A DNA stretch of 62,574 nt, filler included, from Diploschistes diacapsis (Eukaryota): NCBI GenBank assembly GCA_023645945.1. It is 7 parts of 7 records of this genome, joined end to end, with 100 filler letters (N's around TTAATTAATTAA, not from the genome) between each part and the next. Parts side by side here need not be neighbours in the genome. Positions count along the whole stretch, not along the records: positions 1 to 5,631 come from JALAIB010001509.1; positions 5,732 to 33,961 come from JALAIB010000151.1; 5 more parts are not named here. One strand, 5' to 3'. The position numbers and the translations under genes are program-made. Each line of letters starts with the position of its first letter. The stretch's first letter is position 1. Below the pieces are notes generated by a model. It saw only the letters and a program-made list of their open reading frames with translations. It was not told the origin of the DNA and did no database searches. Shown here piece by piece: positions 1 through 12,514 of this stretch.

Positions 1-281
1 GGAGGGGGATGAGAAGGGGGAGTGGGGGTATAACGACTGACGTTGATGCGATTGCGGATGACGAAAGTGCGCTGGTTCTCCGGGAGGGATGGTTCCGAGG
101 CAGCTCTGATAGATGGAGCGAAGAGGCGGAGGCGATGGGAAGGGGGAAAGGGAGTCACGAGCTGCTGGAAAGAGGGAGGAAAGCTTAGGTGGGGAGGAAG
201 CTGCGCGTAGTAGGGGGTGCAGCCGAAGCTTTCATGTATCTCGTTATGCCTCGCCGATGGCAGAGTAAGCACGCACAGAGC

Positions 282-1334
282 TCAGCGCCTATGCAGCGTC
301 AACCCTTCTTCGGGCTCGTTGACGCTCGATGAGCTACTCATGCTGCTGCTGCCGCCGCCGCCGCCGCCGCCACCGCCCCCACTGTTACGTCCAGCCTGGA
401 GCTGTGCGTCTTTCCCTTCTCGGCCACGCTGTCTGCCCGTAACCCGGCCTAGCGGTCTTCCGCCGGTGCTACCTCGCCGTCGTGTCGCGAGCGTATCTTC
501 TCCATCCTCATGCTCATCTGCATCTGCATCTGCACCCGGAATCCTGGGTATCGATTCTTTCAGCAGAACCATACTCTTCGTCCTCGTCCCCGTCCCCGTC
601 TGCAGTGTCTCGTCTTCCAGGCAACGAGGTTCTGCCAGTGACCAGTTCATAATCGCCAAACCGATGGAGCCCGAGATAGCGCTGCGTTCGTGGCCTTTCC
701 GCTGATGGCTCGCCGATCGGCTTGTGTCCGAGGACTTTGTTTTTGTGCCGGCCATTGGATCTGGGCTGGGGAGCTCGAGGCGCGAGTTTAATTTGATCCA
801 CTGGAGGTGCGGGCTGCCTGTGCCGTGTGCGTCGTGTTCGCTACTGGGAGGCCCGGGGTCGACGGTTGTCCAGCCGCCGATGCCCTCGTAGTCTCGTAAT
901 GGCAGTGCATCGGCGCTTGGGCCGGGGGCTTCGTCGCCTGTGTTGGAAGTGCCCTGGGGGTTTGGAGAGGATATGAGGTGCGCGGACGCGGAGGCGTTGA
1001 GGCGTGCTTGGCTGAGCTCGGTGCGCCTTTTATGTGGGAAGCCGCTGGGCCTAGAATCTTTGGCCGCTGCTCTCTTTGACATTTTCTTCGTGAAATTCTG
1101 TCTTTCTCGCTCGCTTTCGTCGAGCCCGAGGTGGTGCCATGCCAACGCTCCGATCAGCTCTGCGTACAGAAGCGTAGCGCGGAAGGTCAGCGCAGAGATG
1201 GAAATGCATGTTGTTACAAGTGCGAGTGGGATGAGGAGCACGGAAGCAGAGATCAGGAGAGGGAAGAGAAGAAGAGAGACAAGGGTGGAAGCGAGTGATA
1301 AGGAGGAGGTTACTCGGATGGTGGTAGAAGCCAT
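282..1334 (-). CDS. Conserved fungal hypothetical protein with N-terminal hydrophobic/TM segment
   Basis: Single-exon ORF. Likely start is MASTTIRV (ATG 1334). Hydrophobic N-terminus (LLLFPLLISASVLLIPLALV), then motifs RDYEGIGGW and WIKLNSRLELP typical of a Pezizomycotina family of unknown function. Low-complexity Gly/Ser tail. Confidence 0.65.
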   Translation of the reverse strand: MASTTIRVTSSLSLASTLVSLLLFPLLISASVLLIPLALVTTCISISALTFRATLLYAELIGALAWHHLGLDESERERQNFTKKMSKRAAAKDSRPSGFPHKRRTELSQARLNASASAHLISSPNPQGTSNTGDEAPGPSADALPLRDYEGIGGWTTVDPGPPSSEHDAHGTGSPHLQWIKLNSRLELPSPDPMAGTKTKSSDTSRSASHQRKGHERSAISGSIGLAIMNWSLAEPRCLEDETLQTGTGTRTKSMVLLKESIPRIPGADADADEHEDGEDTLATRRRGSTGGRPLGRVTGRQRGREGKDAQLQAGRNSGGGGGGGGGGSSSMSSSSSVNEPEEGLTLHRR

Positions 1335-3459
1335 CAAGAGGGCATATAGTAGGAACAGGTAAGGAAAGTATATACAGTTGATACAGTTAAAGCTTCGTGC
1401 TATATATAATAGGCGTAGATGGGTAATGGCTATCAGAGGGACAATAAGCGGTTTACACATGCCATGCGGGTTGTTGACGTATAAAATAGCTGACAAGACA
1501 ACACCCAAGCATGGACCAGTACTGTATCTTAACAATGAGGTACAGACAGTATATTCTTTTTTACAATAGAGCTACAAAGGTAAATGATATGAAGCTGACG
1601 GTAGCAGGCAGGCTTGGAGCTTAAATACGTAGAGAAAGCAGACCTGGCGCGATCACTTATCAAATCCTTTTCACTGCTGTAACCATCAAACAGCTTATTC
1701 ACGATATTCTTCTGTCTTCACCCCCTCCCCCCATTACATGCACTGAATCTTTCTCGAAGTCTTCCAATATGGGGCACTGAAGTCTACAGATCGTTGTTTA
1801 GGCCCGAGTTGATTTGATGTCTTCTCTGCAGACCCCCAAGAAGCGCAGTGCATTTTCTGTTCCTCTTTGAATCTCTACAATGCTCATACTAATGAATATG
1901 AAAGATACACCGAGTTCAATGACCGAATGCATAGAATCGAATGGCTTCCACTCCAACTTCTAAGATCACAGGCTTGGTGATGTTTCGTTTATCTACAGCG
2001 GCGCACCCTACTGCATGACATAGTTGACTTGGATAGCTTTTAAGCCAGCACTCTAATTACCTAGCCCACGCAGATCAAAATACTACAAGCGGGCCTCGAA
2101 AGCCATGGTCATATAGTCGGACATAGAGACTCTGGCTGCATGAATCCCCTCTGGCTGGAGAGACGTCCGTTCGCACGCCGTTCATACCCTACGATGTTAC
2201 CTGTTGGTACTTGCTTTTTGCTTTTTCTAATGCCCAGTTCGCCGGTGTCTTGCTTGTGTCTATGGCATTCTGCCCAACTTGGCTGAATTTGGCAACTGCT
2301 AAGACTTGCTGGTTGCCAACTACACACGAAACACTGACGAGGCTGCATACTGCGGCCTTTGGCAGTCGTCAGTGGTTAATTCAGCGGAGCTATTCCAGTC
2401 CCAGTGCGACTGCACGGCATGCAGCGCCCTGAGCAATATGTATTTGTCACATCATCTAACTAGCTATCCTCTCATTGCCTTCAACAGCAGCAATGCACCA
2501 TTTCAAACATGGCGGAATTCAATGTCTCTAACAGCAGCCGCGAACCGTATTCCAATCATGCACCAGAAAGTACCAAGGGAAATAACTTAATATGCAGGGA
2601 ACCCGAAGTCGAAGTCGAAGTCGATTGCTGGAGTATGCCCAGTAAACCAGGACATCGTACCACTACGTGAGTAGGGTAACCTCTGGTACCTTCCGTGCGC
2701 CTGTCGCTACTTGGCACATCTTCATAATTCGCCCAGCTTGTGGAAGAAGGTCGTATTCATACCATGTGGATGAATTGCAGGCCCCTAAAACGGGGAAACA
2801 ATTCTTTCGGGATAGGGAGAGCGGCATAGGATATCAGCATACCTTCCGCTTTCACCATTTAGCGAGAGATCGGAGGCCGCTACCACCCTCTTCTCGACAG
2901 CTTTGCGTTTACGCTCTTCATTTGATCCACGAGAACCCATACTGTCTTAATACCGAGGCACCATGAACTTCTTTGGATGAAAGTCCGCCTCGAGAATGTG
3001 AGGGTGTCGTCCGAGAAGAATGAAGATTCAGTTGCACCAGATCGAAGCGGAACCGTTACATGCAGTCAGTGATCTGGATCAGAGCCTCGACTTGGTTCGA
3101 TAGGGATACTCTCTGTCCCCCGCTACTTGCAGTGTGTACAAATTGTTGCGCCTATGACTTCCATTCACCATTATTCTCTTCTGTTCTCTTGTTTTGTCAT
3201 AACATAAACTCAGTAAATATATTTCTCCAAGACCTTCCAGCCCCTGAACTCTTTCGGCTCTAGTTCTGTCTTTCAATCTATACGGCTTTCCTCTATGTCG
3301 CTATAGTTTGGGTCGAAGTTGCCCTGTAATGATCCTATCTCTGATATTGTAGATCTGTGGAAGATCATGCAAGCAAAATACTGAATGATCTGAAGAAGTC
3401 TCGATCAGATATCAAGTCCTTACCCATTGTGAACTAAAAACCTCTCTCTATCTTACGTT

Positions 3460-5135
3460 ATGGCAGCCCCCAACTTGCCTCCTCCAAGCGATGTTTTCTT
3501 GTTCACCTTCCCATATGTCTACGCGGCAGAGGCAATGGCCATCGGGATTGCTCTACCTCTGGCTTGTTTGCTGGTCGTTGCGCTGAGATTTCAAACTCGA
3601 GTACTGCAAAAAGCCTACCATGGCCTCGATGATTGGCTAATACTTGCAAGTCTGGTAAGCCTAGTCGACGCTGTACGAGGCCTTAAGCTTCGCTGACCTC
3701 TATTTCTCCTTGTAGTTCCCTCTTTGTGGAATGGGCGCATGCTTCATCTATGGTACGGTTCTTCAGTCTCATATTCAGACATTGGAAAGCTTACGTTCCA
3801 GGCGTGGCCAAGCAAATTTTTGGCTATCCAACACCTTCGCCATCACGCGCACTTTCCGAGCAGGAGATGTTCCTCTACATTGACCCTTCCAGCGCCTTAG
3901 CCTCACAGGTACGGCTCATCATAGCTGAGCCAGAACATGCTGAAAATTTTGGCTTCTAGATTCAGTTCGCCTTTCAAATCTTCATGATGATCGCTTACGG
4001 CACTATCAAGATGAGCATCGTTGCTTTCTACCGACGCCTTTTTGTCGTCCATAAAGGCAGCCCATTCGCTGTTATCACCATGACCATCTGGGTGATCATC
4101 CTTCTCTGGACCATCGTGTTCCTCTTCCTAGTTATCTTTCCCTGCGGCGAACACGTATGGGCAACTTGGTCTGCACCAATCTACCAGATCCAGTTCTGCG
4201 ACATCGCCTTTGCAAGCGAATATGGCCTGGCAATGTCCGATCTCATACTCGATATTATCGTCTTTTTGATGCCTCTTCCCCTGGTAAGTCCTTGCCAAAG
4301 TTCTCGCTATACTTACTGAGAGTAACTTAGATCTGGTCTCTGCAACTAGCCACGCAACGCAAGCTAGCAGTAACCGGCATCATGCTGCTCGGAGCCATGT
4401 AAGCTCTACCTCCCTCCATTCTCTCCTCCACACCAAACCTAAAACCCTTGCCCACCAGGGCCATCGGCGCCTCCATCGCCCGTCTGATCGTCTACTACCA
4501 AAACCTCGCCGCAACATCTTCGCCAACATTCCCGCATCGCGACGAAAACCGTAAGATCCCCGTTCCTCTACCCAGCATAAATTCCCCCCTCATACCGCCC
4601 CCAACTTCCAACTTCCAAACCCCTGACCCGTCCGAGCTAACAAAACCCCAAAACAGTCGGCATAACAACCTCGCTCTACTGGTCCTTCCTCGAATGCGGC
4701 CTCGCCCTAATCGCCGCCTGCCTGCCCACCCTCAGCTACCTGCTGACGCGTCAGTCCCGCATAGGCTCCAAGCTCAAGAGCTGGCGCAGCGCCTTCTCGC
4801 TTCGCTCATCCCCCTCTTCTTCTTCTTCTTTTCCCTCAAATTTGGACTCTGACTCTCAGGCGCGTAAGTCCCGCACTGGACACGGGACGCTATCATCCCA
4901 GAACCATTACCGCCAAGGCCGGAATGTCGGCCGCGTGGAGTCGCAGCGTGGGGCGCCGTATGCGCATCTGGATTCGGATGTGGAGTTGGATGCGGATGTG
5001 AGGGGCAGGATGGAGAGTCGGGCTCTTGGGAGAGGGCATGGGATAGAGAAGAAGACGGAGATCCACATGACGACGGAGAAGAGGGCGGAGCAGGAGGGGA
5101 GTAGTGATGGGGCCTGGTTGAATCTGGAGGGGTAG
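3460..5135 (+). CDS. PTH11-like (fungal rhodopsin-domain) integral membrane protein, no CFEM domain
   Basis: Seven exons: 3460-3654, 3716-3752, 3802-3908, 3960-4283, 4331-4398, 4459-4550, 4657-5135, with GT-AG introns. Motifs VALRF, GLDDWLIL, KMSIVAFYRRLF, DIIVFLMPLPLIWSLQL-RKLAV, YWSFLECGLALIAACLPTL. Confidence 0.88.
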
Positions 5136-5510
5136 GGATCGGGATAGGGGCATACGTGATGCGATGAGCGATCGAGTGTGGCACGAGGCCGTTCAAGGAA
5201 AGTTTAAACCAGATCCCATAGGACGATAGGCGAGACGGGGCGTTTGAATTGTACCATGATACACACAATTTCCGACTCTACCGCCCCCTTTTTTCTCTTT
5301 CCCATTTCCATTTCCATTTCCAATCCCCGCATCTCGCTCGTCTGTCAACTCGTAGACATCCCCATCCCCACAGCCACCGCAGCCACATCATCTGCCCCCG
5401 CCGCAACCAATCCCACTGCGTCCAACCGTATCCAGTTATATCCAACCCAAGAACAGAAAAAAAAACAACCGGCGACTGGCGCTCTCGGACCTCTGATACT
5501 AATACTGGGA

Positions 5511-5561
5511 TACATACATACATACATACATACATACATACATACATACATACATACATAC
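5511..5561. repeat. (TACA)n microsatellite
   Basis: About 12 TACA units read directly from the sequence. Confidence 0.95.
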
Positions 5562-5590
5562 ACATATATATATAATCTCTGGCGATGGAT

Positions 5591-5631
5591 GGCGATGGCG
5601 ATGGCGATGGCGATGGCGATGGCGATGGCGA
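5591..5631. repeat. (GGCGAT)n microsatellite running into contig end
   Basis: About 7 hexamer units ending at the N spacer. Confidence 0.95.
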
Positions 5632-5731
5632 NNNNNNNNNNNNNNNNNNNNNNNNNNNNNNNNNNNNNNNNNNNNTTAATTAATTAANNNNNNNNNNNNN
5701 NNNNNNNNNNNNNNNNNNNNNNNNNNNNNNN
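5632..5731. other. Artificial contig-joining spacer (N44-TTAATTAATTAA-N44)
   Basis: Identical 100-nt spacer occurs six times. The core gives stop codons in all six frames. Confidence 0.98.
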
Positions 5732-6573
5732 AGCCTGTATGTGTGTGTGTGTGTGATGGGGATGATGGGAGAGCGGGAGGTTAGAAGGGATGGATGGATA
5801 AGTTGAGTGTAGGTGTGTGTATGTTGGGGGGGGGGGAAGATAGTTGTGCAGGGAGGAGGAATCTTTTTCAAAGTACCGAGTCCATTGGCAAAAACGGACA
5901 AGTAGCCAGCGCGAGCAAAAAAGCTCCGCCATGTAGCCGCTCGAATGAATGACGAAGCAGATGATGCCCAAACCCTCATACCGTACTCAACGAGCATAGA
6001 CATGACGCCCGCGCTCGTCGTTGAAAACATTCCCCGTCGTAACGACCATAAAGCATGACCAACCCTGAACCCACCAGCTTTCTAGCCCCCTTTACCCTCT
6101 AGAAGCACCAACCGTCTATTTCGTCGGGGTCCGTATCGTCCTCGTATGCGCCCCCAAAGCTACCCAAGTAAAATCCCAGACGGTCTCCACCCAAACCTTC
6201 CAACCCGGTCATTTATAATCCTTCCGTAAAGAAATATCCGCCCATAGTCTCTTGTTCTATCCCTCCCCCTCCTCGAAGTCATAGCAAGAGACCGCACGGC
6301 AGCACCGGAGCTCAGTGGCGGGCCGCCGGCCGCCTGCACGGGAGCGAAGGTCGGCATGGACATGCTGCATATTCTGTTCCGTTCCACTTGTCTGAAACGG
6401 CGGGATGGTGGTCTTCCGTCTCGCCGTCCAATAGCCATCCGGGCGCCGGAGCATCCTTCGTGTTTTCTGTCTTCATGTAGTACGACACCACCATATTCCC
6501 CGCAAAGCTTCTTTATTTTAACCAAGCCGCCTGCCGGACCAAACTATTTTCGACATCGTATGGACCCCCCATC

Positions 6574-7920
6574 TTACCCGCCCGCCACCCTCATCAACTG
6601 CCTCATCGCCCGACTCGCCCCCTTGCCCGAAATATCATCCTGCAGCTCCTCGCCCCCCATTCCCGTATCGGCCGACGAAAACGACTCGCCCTCCCCCACA
6701 GCCTCGACCTCCATCCCGCTCAGCCCCAACACGCTCCGCCCGGCCGCCCGGCCGGTGCCCATCCTCGCACCCCTTTCCCACACATCCAGGAAACCCCAGC
6801 GATCACCGGCGCCGGCGCCACCGGTGCACTGATCCTCGCTGGCGGCGCTCGCGGCAGTCGGGCTCTGGCTCGCGTTTGCAGAGTTGGAATTATACGTGTC
6901 GCCGATACGGTGTCTCGAGCCCTCGCTCAAGGGCGTGGGCGCTTCGTCGACGGTCTCGAGGGCGCCGCCGCCGACGCCACCGAGGGCACGGTAGATGGCG
7001 GCGCCGCCTGTGTCGAGGACCAGTCCGTGCGGCTGCGGCCCGTGGTTGGGGCCATCCGGATCGTTGAAGTCGCCGCCCGTGGGGCGTGTTTCCCCTTCCT
7101 CGCCAATGTGGACGGCGTCCGGGCCGGCACCTACGGGCTCGCGGTGGGCTGCGTATTCGTTTGCCAGACTCAGGCGGCTTCGGCCGCAGATCTCTGCTAT
7201 GGCGTCGATGTCGCTCTGTGTGCCGGGGTCGGAGGCGAGGGAGGAGAGGATGGAGGAGAAGGAGAAGGAGGTGGGTGAGGGGGCGACGGGGAGGGAGCGA
7301 GTTTGATGTCTTGTGGAGCGGGAGGAGCTGCGGTGAGGGTGCGTGAGGGAGTGTGGAGAGAGGGGAAGGTGCATTATGCCTGTTCTCGGCGCCGTAAAGG
7401 GGGAAGAGGGGGACAGGGAAGGCGAGGGAGGGAGGCCGGGATTGACGAGGACGGGGCCTGGGGTGGGTTGCTTGAGGTTCGCTTTGGGCTTTTGGTTGAG
7501 GTTCGCTAGAGATTTCTGGGCTTTGGAACTCGAAGGCGGCGCTTGCTCTGGGTCTTGTCTAGGAGGAGAACTGGAGGATTGCTTGGATGCTTCGGAGCCT
7601 GAGGGCGGTGCTTGCTCGTGCTCTCGCTTAAGGGAAGATTTAGAGGTCTGTTTGGATGCTTTGGGCGGGGACGGTGGTTGTTGCTTTGAGAAGTGCTCCG
7701 GCGATGATTTCGGCTTCTTGGTAGAAGTTGCTGATTGAGTCGCGTCTTGAGGGATTTTGATGGCAGTAGACGGCCGGGCCAAAGAATCACTTTCCCCATC
7801 GGGCACAGAAGAAGAAGCAAAGTCGGTCGAAACACACGGAATTACCTTCTCATGGGCCTCTTGGTTCGTACGATCCACGTCAATGCCACTCGTCCCCTGA
7901 TCCACGCTCGTGGCAGACAT
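6574..7920 (-). CDS. Conserved fungal hypothetical protein, Ser/Pro-rich
   Basis: 448-aa ATG-started ORF, mostly disordered, with one conserved-looking block DIDAIAEICGRSRLSLANEYAAH. Confidence 0.7.
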   Translation of the reverse strand: MSATSVDQGTSGIDVDRTNQEAHEKVIPCVSTDFASSSVPDGESDSLARPSTAIKIPQDATQSATSTKKPKSSPEHFSKQQPPSPPKASKQTSKSSLKREHEQAPPSGSEASKQSSSSPPRQDPEQAPPSSSKAQKSLANLNQKPKANLKQPTPGPVLVNPGLPPSPSLSPSSPFTAPRTGIMHLPLSPHSLTHPHRSSSRSTRHQTRSLPVAPSPTSFSFSSILSSLASDPGTQSDIDAIAEICGRSRLSLANEYAAHREPVGAGPDAVHIGEEGETRPTGGDFNDPDGPNHGPQPHGLVLDTGGAAIYRALGGVGGGALETVDEAPTPLSEGSRHRIGDTYNSNSANASQSPTAASAASEDQCTGGAGAGDRWGFLDVWERGARMGTGRAAGRSVLGLSGMEVEAVGEGESFSSADTGMGGEELQDDISGKGASRAMRQLMRVAGG

Positions 7921-9504
7921 GAGCTGGAAGGCCTTTTCCCAAACTTCCTTTCCCTGTTCTAGCTTTGTGCAGCTGCAGGAGTGCGCTAGCGGGCGCTGCG
8001 GGCTTTGTGTGCAGAAGCAAGCGACAGCTCAGACAAGGTCTGTAGAGACCAGGGGATGTGGTCAACGAGGATTGGTAATGCGTGGGTGAGACCTTGTTCT
8101 GCCGTGTGCGCGGCTGGCGCGAACTTGTTTTTTTCCAGATGCAAGATGACGATATAAGCTAGGCACAGCAGAGTTTTTTCTCTCCTGCAGAAGGACAAGG
8201 AAAGCGAGGTAGTAACGAGTTACGCTGTAGGCAGAGCGTGGAGGATTGGCAGATGCGATGTCAGTTCGAAAATGGTGGGGCTTGCCTTTACTCTGCCGCC
8301 TCTCTACGTTGCTGCCACTGCTGGGCTGCTGGGGTTGCGATCGAGGATTCGATGAATAGAGTACTGATCCCCCTGGGAATGGGAACAGAAAAGGGATTGC
8401 CTATATTCTGCGGCAAAGTTCTTGCCAATAGCACCGAGTTCCCTTGCGCCGGCACTGCTAGCTACGACGCGCAAAAACGTGTTCAAGTCTCCCAGGTGCG
8501 TTGGATCGACAAAGATGAACCGCCGGCAGACAAGGCAAAGCGAGGGCCAAGCTGGACCTGAGGACTCGGTGCACCCAGGCTCGCAGAAGCAGGACTTCGA
8601 TGGAGTGTGAACTGGACAACTGACGGCTCTGTGCAGCAAGGGGCAAGTTGATGCGCTGGCAAGCGCTTGCAGGCTGCGTTGGCAGGGAGCCCAGAGCCCA
8701 CAGACGGCTGGTGGAAGCCGGATCGGATTGGATTGGATGGGCACCCAGCGGACGGTAAAGTCAATTGCGGATAAAGCTCAAAAGAAAAGAAAAAAAGGAA
8801 AGAAAAGAAAAGACAACAACTGGCGATCCAAACAGATCGAGCTCTGAAAACCGTTGGCAGCTTCGCAACGTATGGGTATCTAGTGGAAGCAGTTCCTTTT
8901 CGTAAAGTGCAAGTGATCTTGTGGGCTGCAGGTCTGGAGGAGGAGGGGGGGATATGCAGCATCAGAGTCAAAGCGTACACTTGTAAAACAAACCCAGGTC
9001 TTTCTACCGAGGAACAACAACGTGCACAAGAAGCAGCAGATGCATATGCGTCGTGCTAACGGCAGCCCACAGCGCTACTCGGTCATGTGATCTCGACGAG
9101 TTAGAACCTCATCCTATCATTTTTGTTATTCTCACCCCAGATGGGGCAGATTGTTAGATGTGGCGCCTCTTCAACATGGATACATCCCGGAGAAGCTCCC
9201 GCCCTGTTACGAAAGAGGCGCGGGGAAACGGTTTGCCAGATTTGTCCATATAGATAGGCTCGAGAAAATCCGAGTTTTCATTTTTCTTACATCACACAGG
9301 GACAGAGAGGAAAGCGAAAACCCCAAAGTATGTATTTCGCACTTTGTATATGAGGATACTAGCCGGACAGCAGAAAGACGAGACAGCATGAGAGCAGCCC
9401 GGGACGACCCGAGAAAGGAGTGGATGCCGTTTGATACGGTCAGCAAAGCCCATGAAGGCAGATCCTGCGCAAGAGCTGCAATAATTCACCCCGCCGTACT
9501 ACAT

Positions 9505-11150
9505 TCAGTACGTTTCCCCGAGCCTAGGCTCTCCACCTTCCCAGTCCCAGCTCTCGTAGTAGCGAAAGACGAGGTCGTACCCCTCGAGATCGTGCACAAT
9601 ACGCTCGGCCCGTCTATAGCCCTTGATGTTGTCCATGCGTGAGCCCACTGTCGCCTTTCGACGCTCTAGTATCTTGGCTTCGACAACTGCATCTGCATCT
9701 GCATCGGTCTCGTCAGTAATGGTATGCTTGGTCTCGAACAGAGTCACGGAGAAACGGCCAGGCTTGAAGATGTGGACCATTTGCTCAACGATCTCGGCAG
9801 TCTCCCTCCCGGTCTGTCGGCACGGCACGTTCGTCTCAAAGGATGCATAGCTGCAGTTGGGTTCGGGAGTGACATGAACTGTGAAGTAGTGAGTCGCGCA
9901 TTGACCGTGCGGAGCCGGAATGACGCCGTTTGCCGAGAACCCGCAAGGGGTGAACAGGTATGCGTCAATCCGGGCATCGGGATACTTCGATACGGGGTAT
10001 ACTTCGGCAAGGCCTGAATTCTCGCTCACCACGGTGCCAAGCGCGTGGCCTTCTGTAGCTAGCTCTTCCGGAAATGGCTGTTCTTCGGCAGAAGTTGCGA
10101 ATTCGCCGCTCTCAGAGCATGTGTTGCTGAAAATATCATACGCATCGGAACTATGCGCCACATCTTTGACATCCGCGAACCCTACCCCAAAGTCTGCAAG
10201 CGACCCAAGATGCTGCCGTGCTTCCTTCCTGGCCTCCCTTGCTCGCTGAAAGAATCGGCCTTCCGCGACCGCACTCGCGTGGCCAAGGTAGAACTGCTTC
10301 GCGTTTTCCTGCCCCAGATCCGTCATGAGGATTTCCAAAGTCTCATCCTGTTGAGAAACCCCATCGGATCCGCGACAGAATTTTTCAGCCTGAACGGCCG
10401 GAACGTCCAGGTATCTGGTCTGCGTCTCCGTAGGATCAGGGGTCGCTGGTGGCGTCAAGATCATGTTAGGTTCCGTCAAATATAGATACCAGTGTTCTCC
10501 ATTCATCTTGCCAATCATGTACGCGCTACCTCCTCGGAAGAGGCGATCCAGAGACTTCACCTCATCCCGCCAGCTTCGATGGGGACCCTTTTGCTGCTCG
10601 GGGAAGAGAAAGTTTTTGCGGCTGTAGAACACCCTGTACGGGGTTGCCGCTGTAGCAATTCCTGCTTTGAGATCGCCAACAACATGCGGGAATCCTGCAA
10701 CTGCCCCAGCAATCTCGAGTATTCTCGGCAGGCCGCGTAGTAGAGTCGTTGTTCCACAAGTCTTTAAGATGAGCTTATGGGGAAAGACGAACATGCTGGA
10801 CTCAGAGAGCAGGTATGCGTCGACATGCTCGGATTCCACTGTGGAAAGGACCTTGCAATTGACAAGGTCAAGCATCTCTTTCCATGTCTCTGCTGGTACG
10901 TTTTTTAAACCCGCCGGGGCCGTGCGCTCTGGAAGATTGGTCGGAGAAGGACTAAACCATACTTCAAGTAGCTTTTCAGGGCCTGCTTAGGAATCAATAT
11001 GCGGTTTAACTGCACTAGGTCTATCCTACCTTCGAATGCATTGCTCGAATCAAGATCCTGTGTTGCTTCACGATTGATCGTAAGATGCGGCGTTCCCGTG
11101 AGTGACGAAGGTGATGTTGTATAGTGCTTTGGGATATCAAAGTGAACCAT
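9505..11150 (-). CDS. SPE2: S-adenosylmethionine decarboxylase proenzyme
   Basis: Exons 11150-11030 and 10982-9505, intron 10983-11029. Motifs AFEG|PEKLLEVWF, pyruvoyl self-cleavage site YLLSE-SSMFV, LKTCGTTT, FTPCGFSANG, HVTPEPNCSYASFETN. Confidence 0.97.
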
Positions 11151-12514
11151 CTCCGTGCTGATGTCACACTAGGACTGGTTTCCCTCGAATATCAATGCAG
11201 TGTCTTCCTATGGGATTTGAAGCGTTATGTGGGGCACAACCCACGCACAAACGAACAGTGCAGTGTTCGCCTGAGATGTGAAGGCCCACAGATAGTGGGA
11301 AATTGTGGAGGCTGGCTTATGCCAGCAGCAGTGTGTTTTGCGCGGAAATGTCTCCCGAAGGGACGTTATGGGGGTCGGGCGGAGAGGAGGATGAAGAAGA
11401 CCTTTTGCCACGGAATTGTGACCGATTGATTGTCACCTCGCGCTGAAGATACCGATACCCTTATCAAGTACCGGGTCTAGCAGACGAGGTTATCTGCTTT
11501 GTTTTGGGTAGGAAGAGTGTAAAAGGAGGGTTTTGCTGCGCTTCTTGGCCTATATCTAGGTGTCAGAATCTTCTATATATATGAGAAACATCTGGGTATT
11601 TAAGAGGCAGAGACAAGTGATTATAAGGTCATAAAGGGCGTTGAAGCATATCAAATGTCTTAAGGGCATACGTACCTCAACTCTGGCGGGAGCTGCGGGA
11701 GTTCTTACAACGGGTTTGGAAAGTGATGTCGAACAAGCCAATACAGAGAGTATGACTAGTTCTGAATGCTTGGACTGTTTTTGAGATTCTGTTTTAGCCA
11801 AAGGAAGTATCTTAAATGTGGTGGCAAGAAGACCGCAAGTTAAATGGATATGGGCAGCCTGTGAGGGATTTTCCAGACTCGGTGTGGACAGACGTAATGG
11901 GTCCAACGGGTCGCGGGCACAATATAAGGCAAGAAAACAGAGCCGTTACTATATAATCGCAATAAATATTGTGGGTATGTATCAAAAGTGTTGATTGTCT
12001 ACAATTCTAGAAGTTGTTTCTTTTGACTATCACTGCTCCAAAATTTCTTTGCTGTGGCGTTCACTAATTTACGTGGATGTGCGACAGGGTTTCTGCCCTC
12101 CGTTGTGCCCCTCCAGTGTTATTTCCCCCCCTCAGGCGATATTAGTATTGAGATCGCCTCGCCTCGCCGTCTTCAAAAACTGCTTTGATGTCATAAAGAT
12201 CTATCTTCTTTTACTTCCTCCCAGTCATTGGAGAATATGATGGTATGCTGACTACAGCAAAGCATAATTACGTAAGAAAGAAGAACATCTGCATTTTAAA
12301 GCAACGTGAGCGTCTGTAGTTCTATCTAAGGAATTGAGTCCCCCCCCCTTGAAGGAATATTTGATGCTTCTTGGACGTGTAACTTGTACTATAAAGAAGA
12401 CCAGTCCGACTTCTCTAGCAATTCCATCTCTCTGCCTGTCGTTATCTAAGCCTTGAATTGATATACCAACAGCACATTCGTCACATCATTCTACTTGGCC
12501 GCCAATCCAGCACA

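Noticed and set aside
1335..1535. N-terminal extension of the 282-1535 ORF
   Set aside because: Starts at a non-ATG codon in AT-rich promoter-like sequence. ATG 1334 is more plausible.
5676..5687. TTAATTAATTAA repeated six times as a biological repeat or CRISPR-like array
   Set aside because: Always centred in N runs, so it is an artificial linker.
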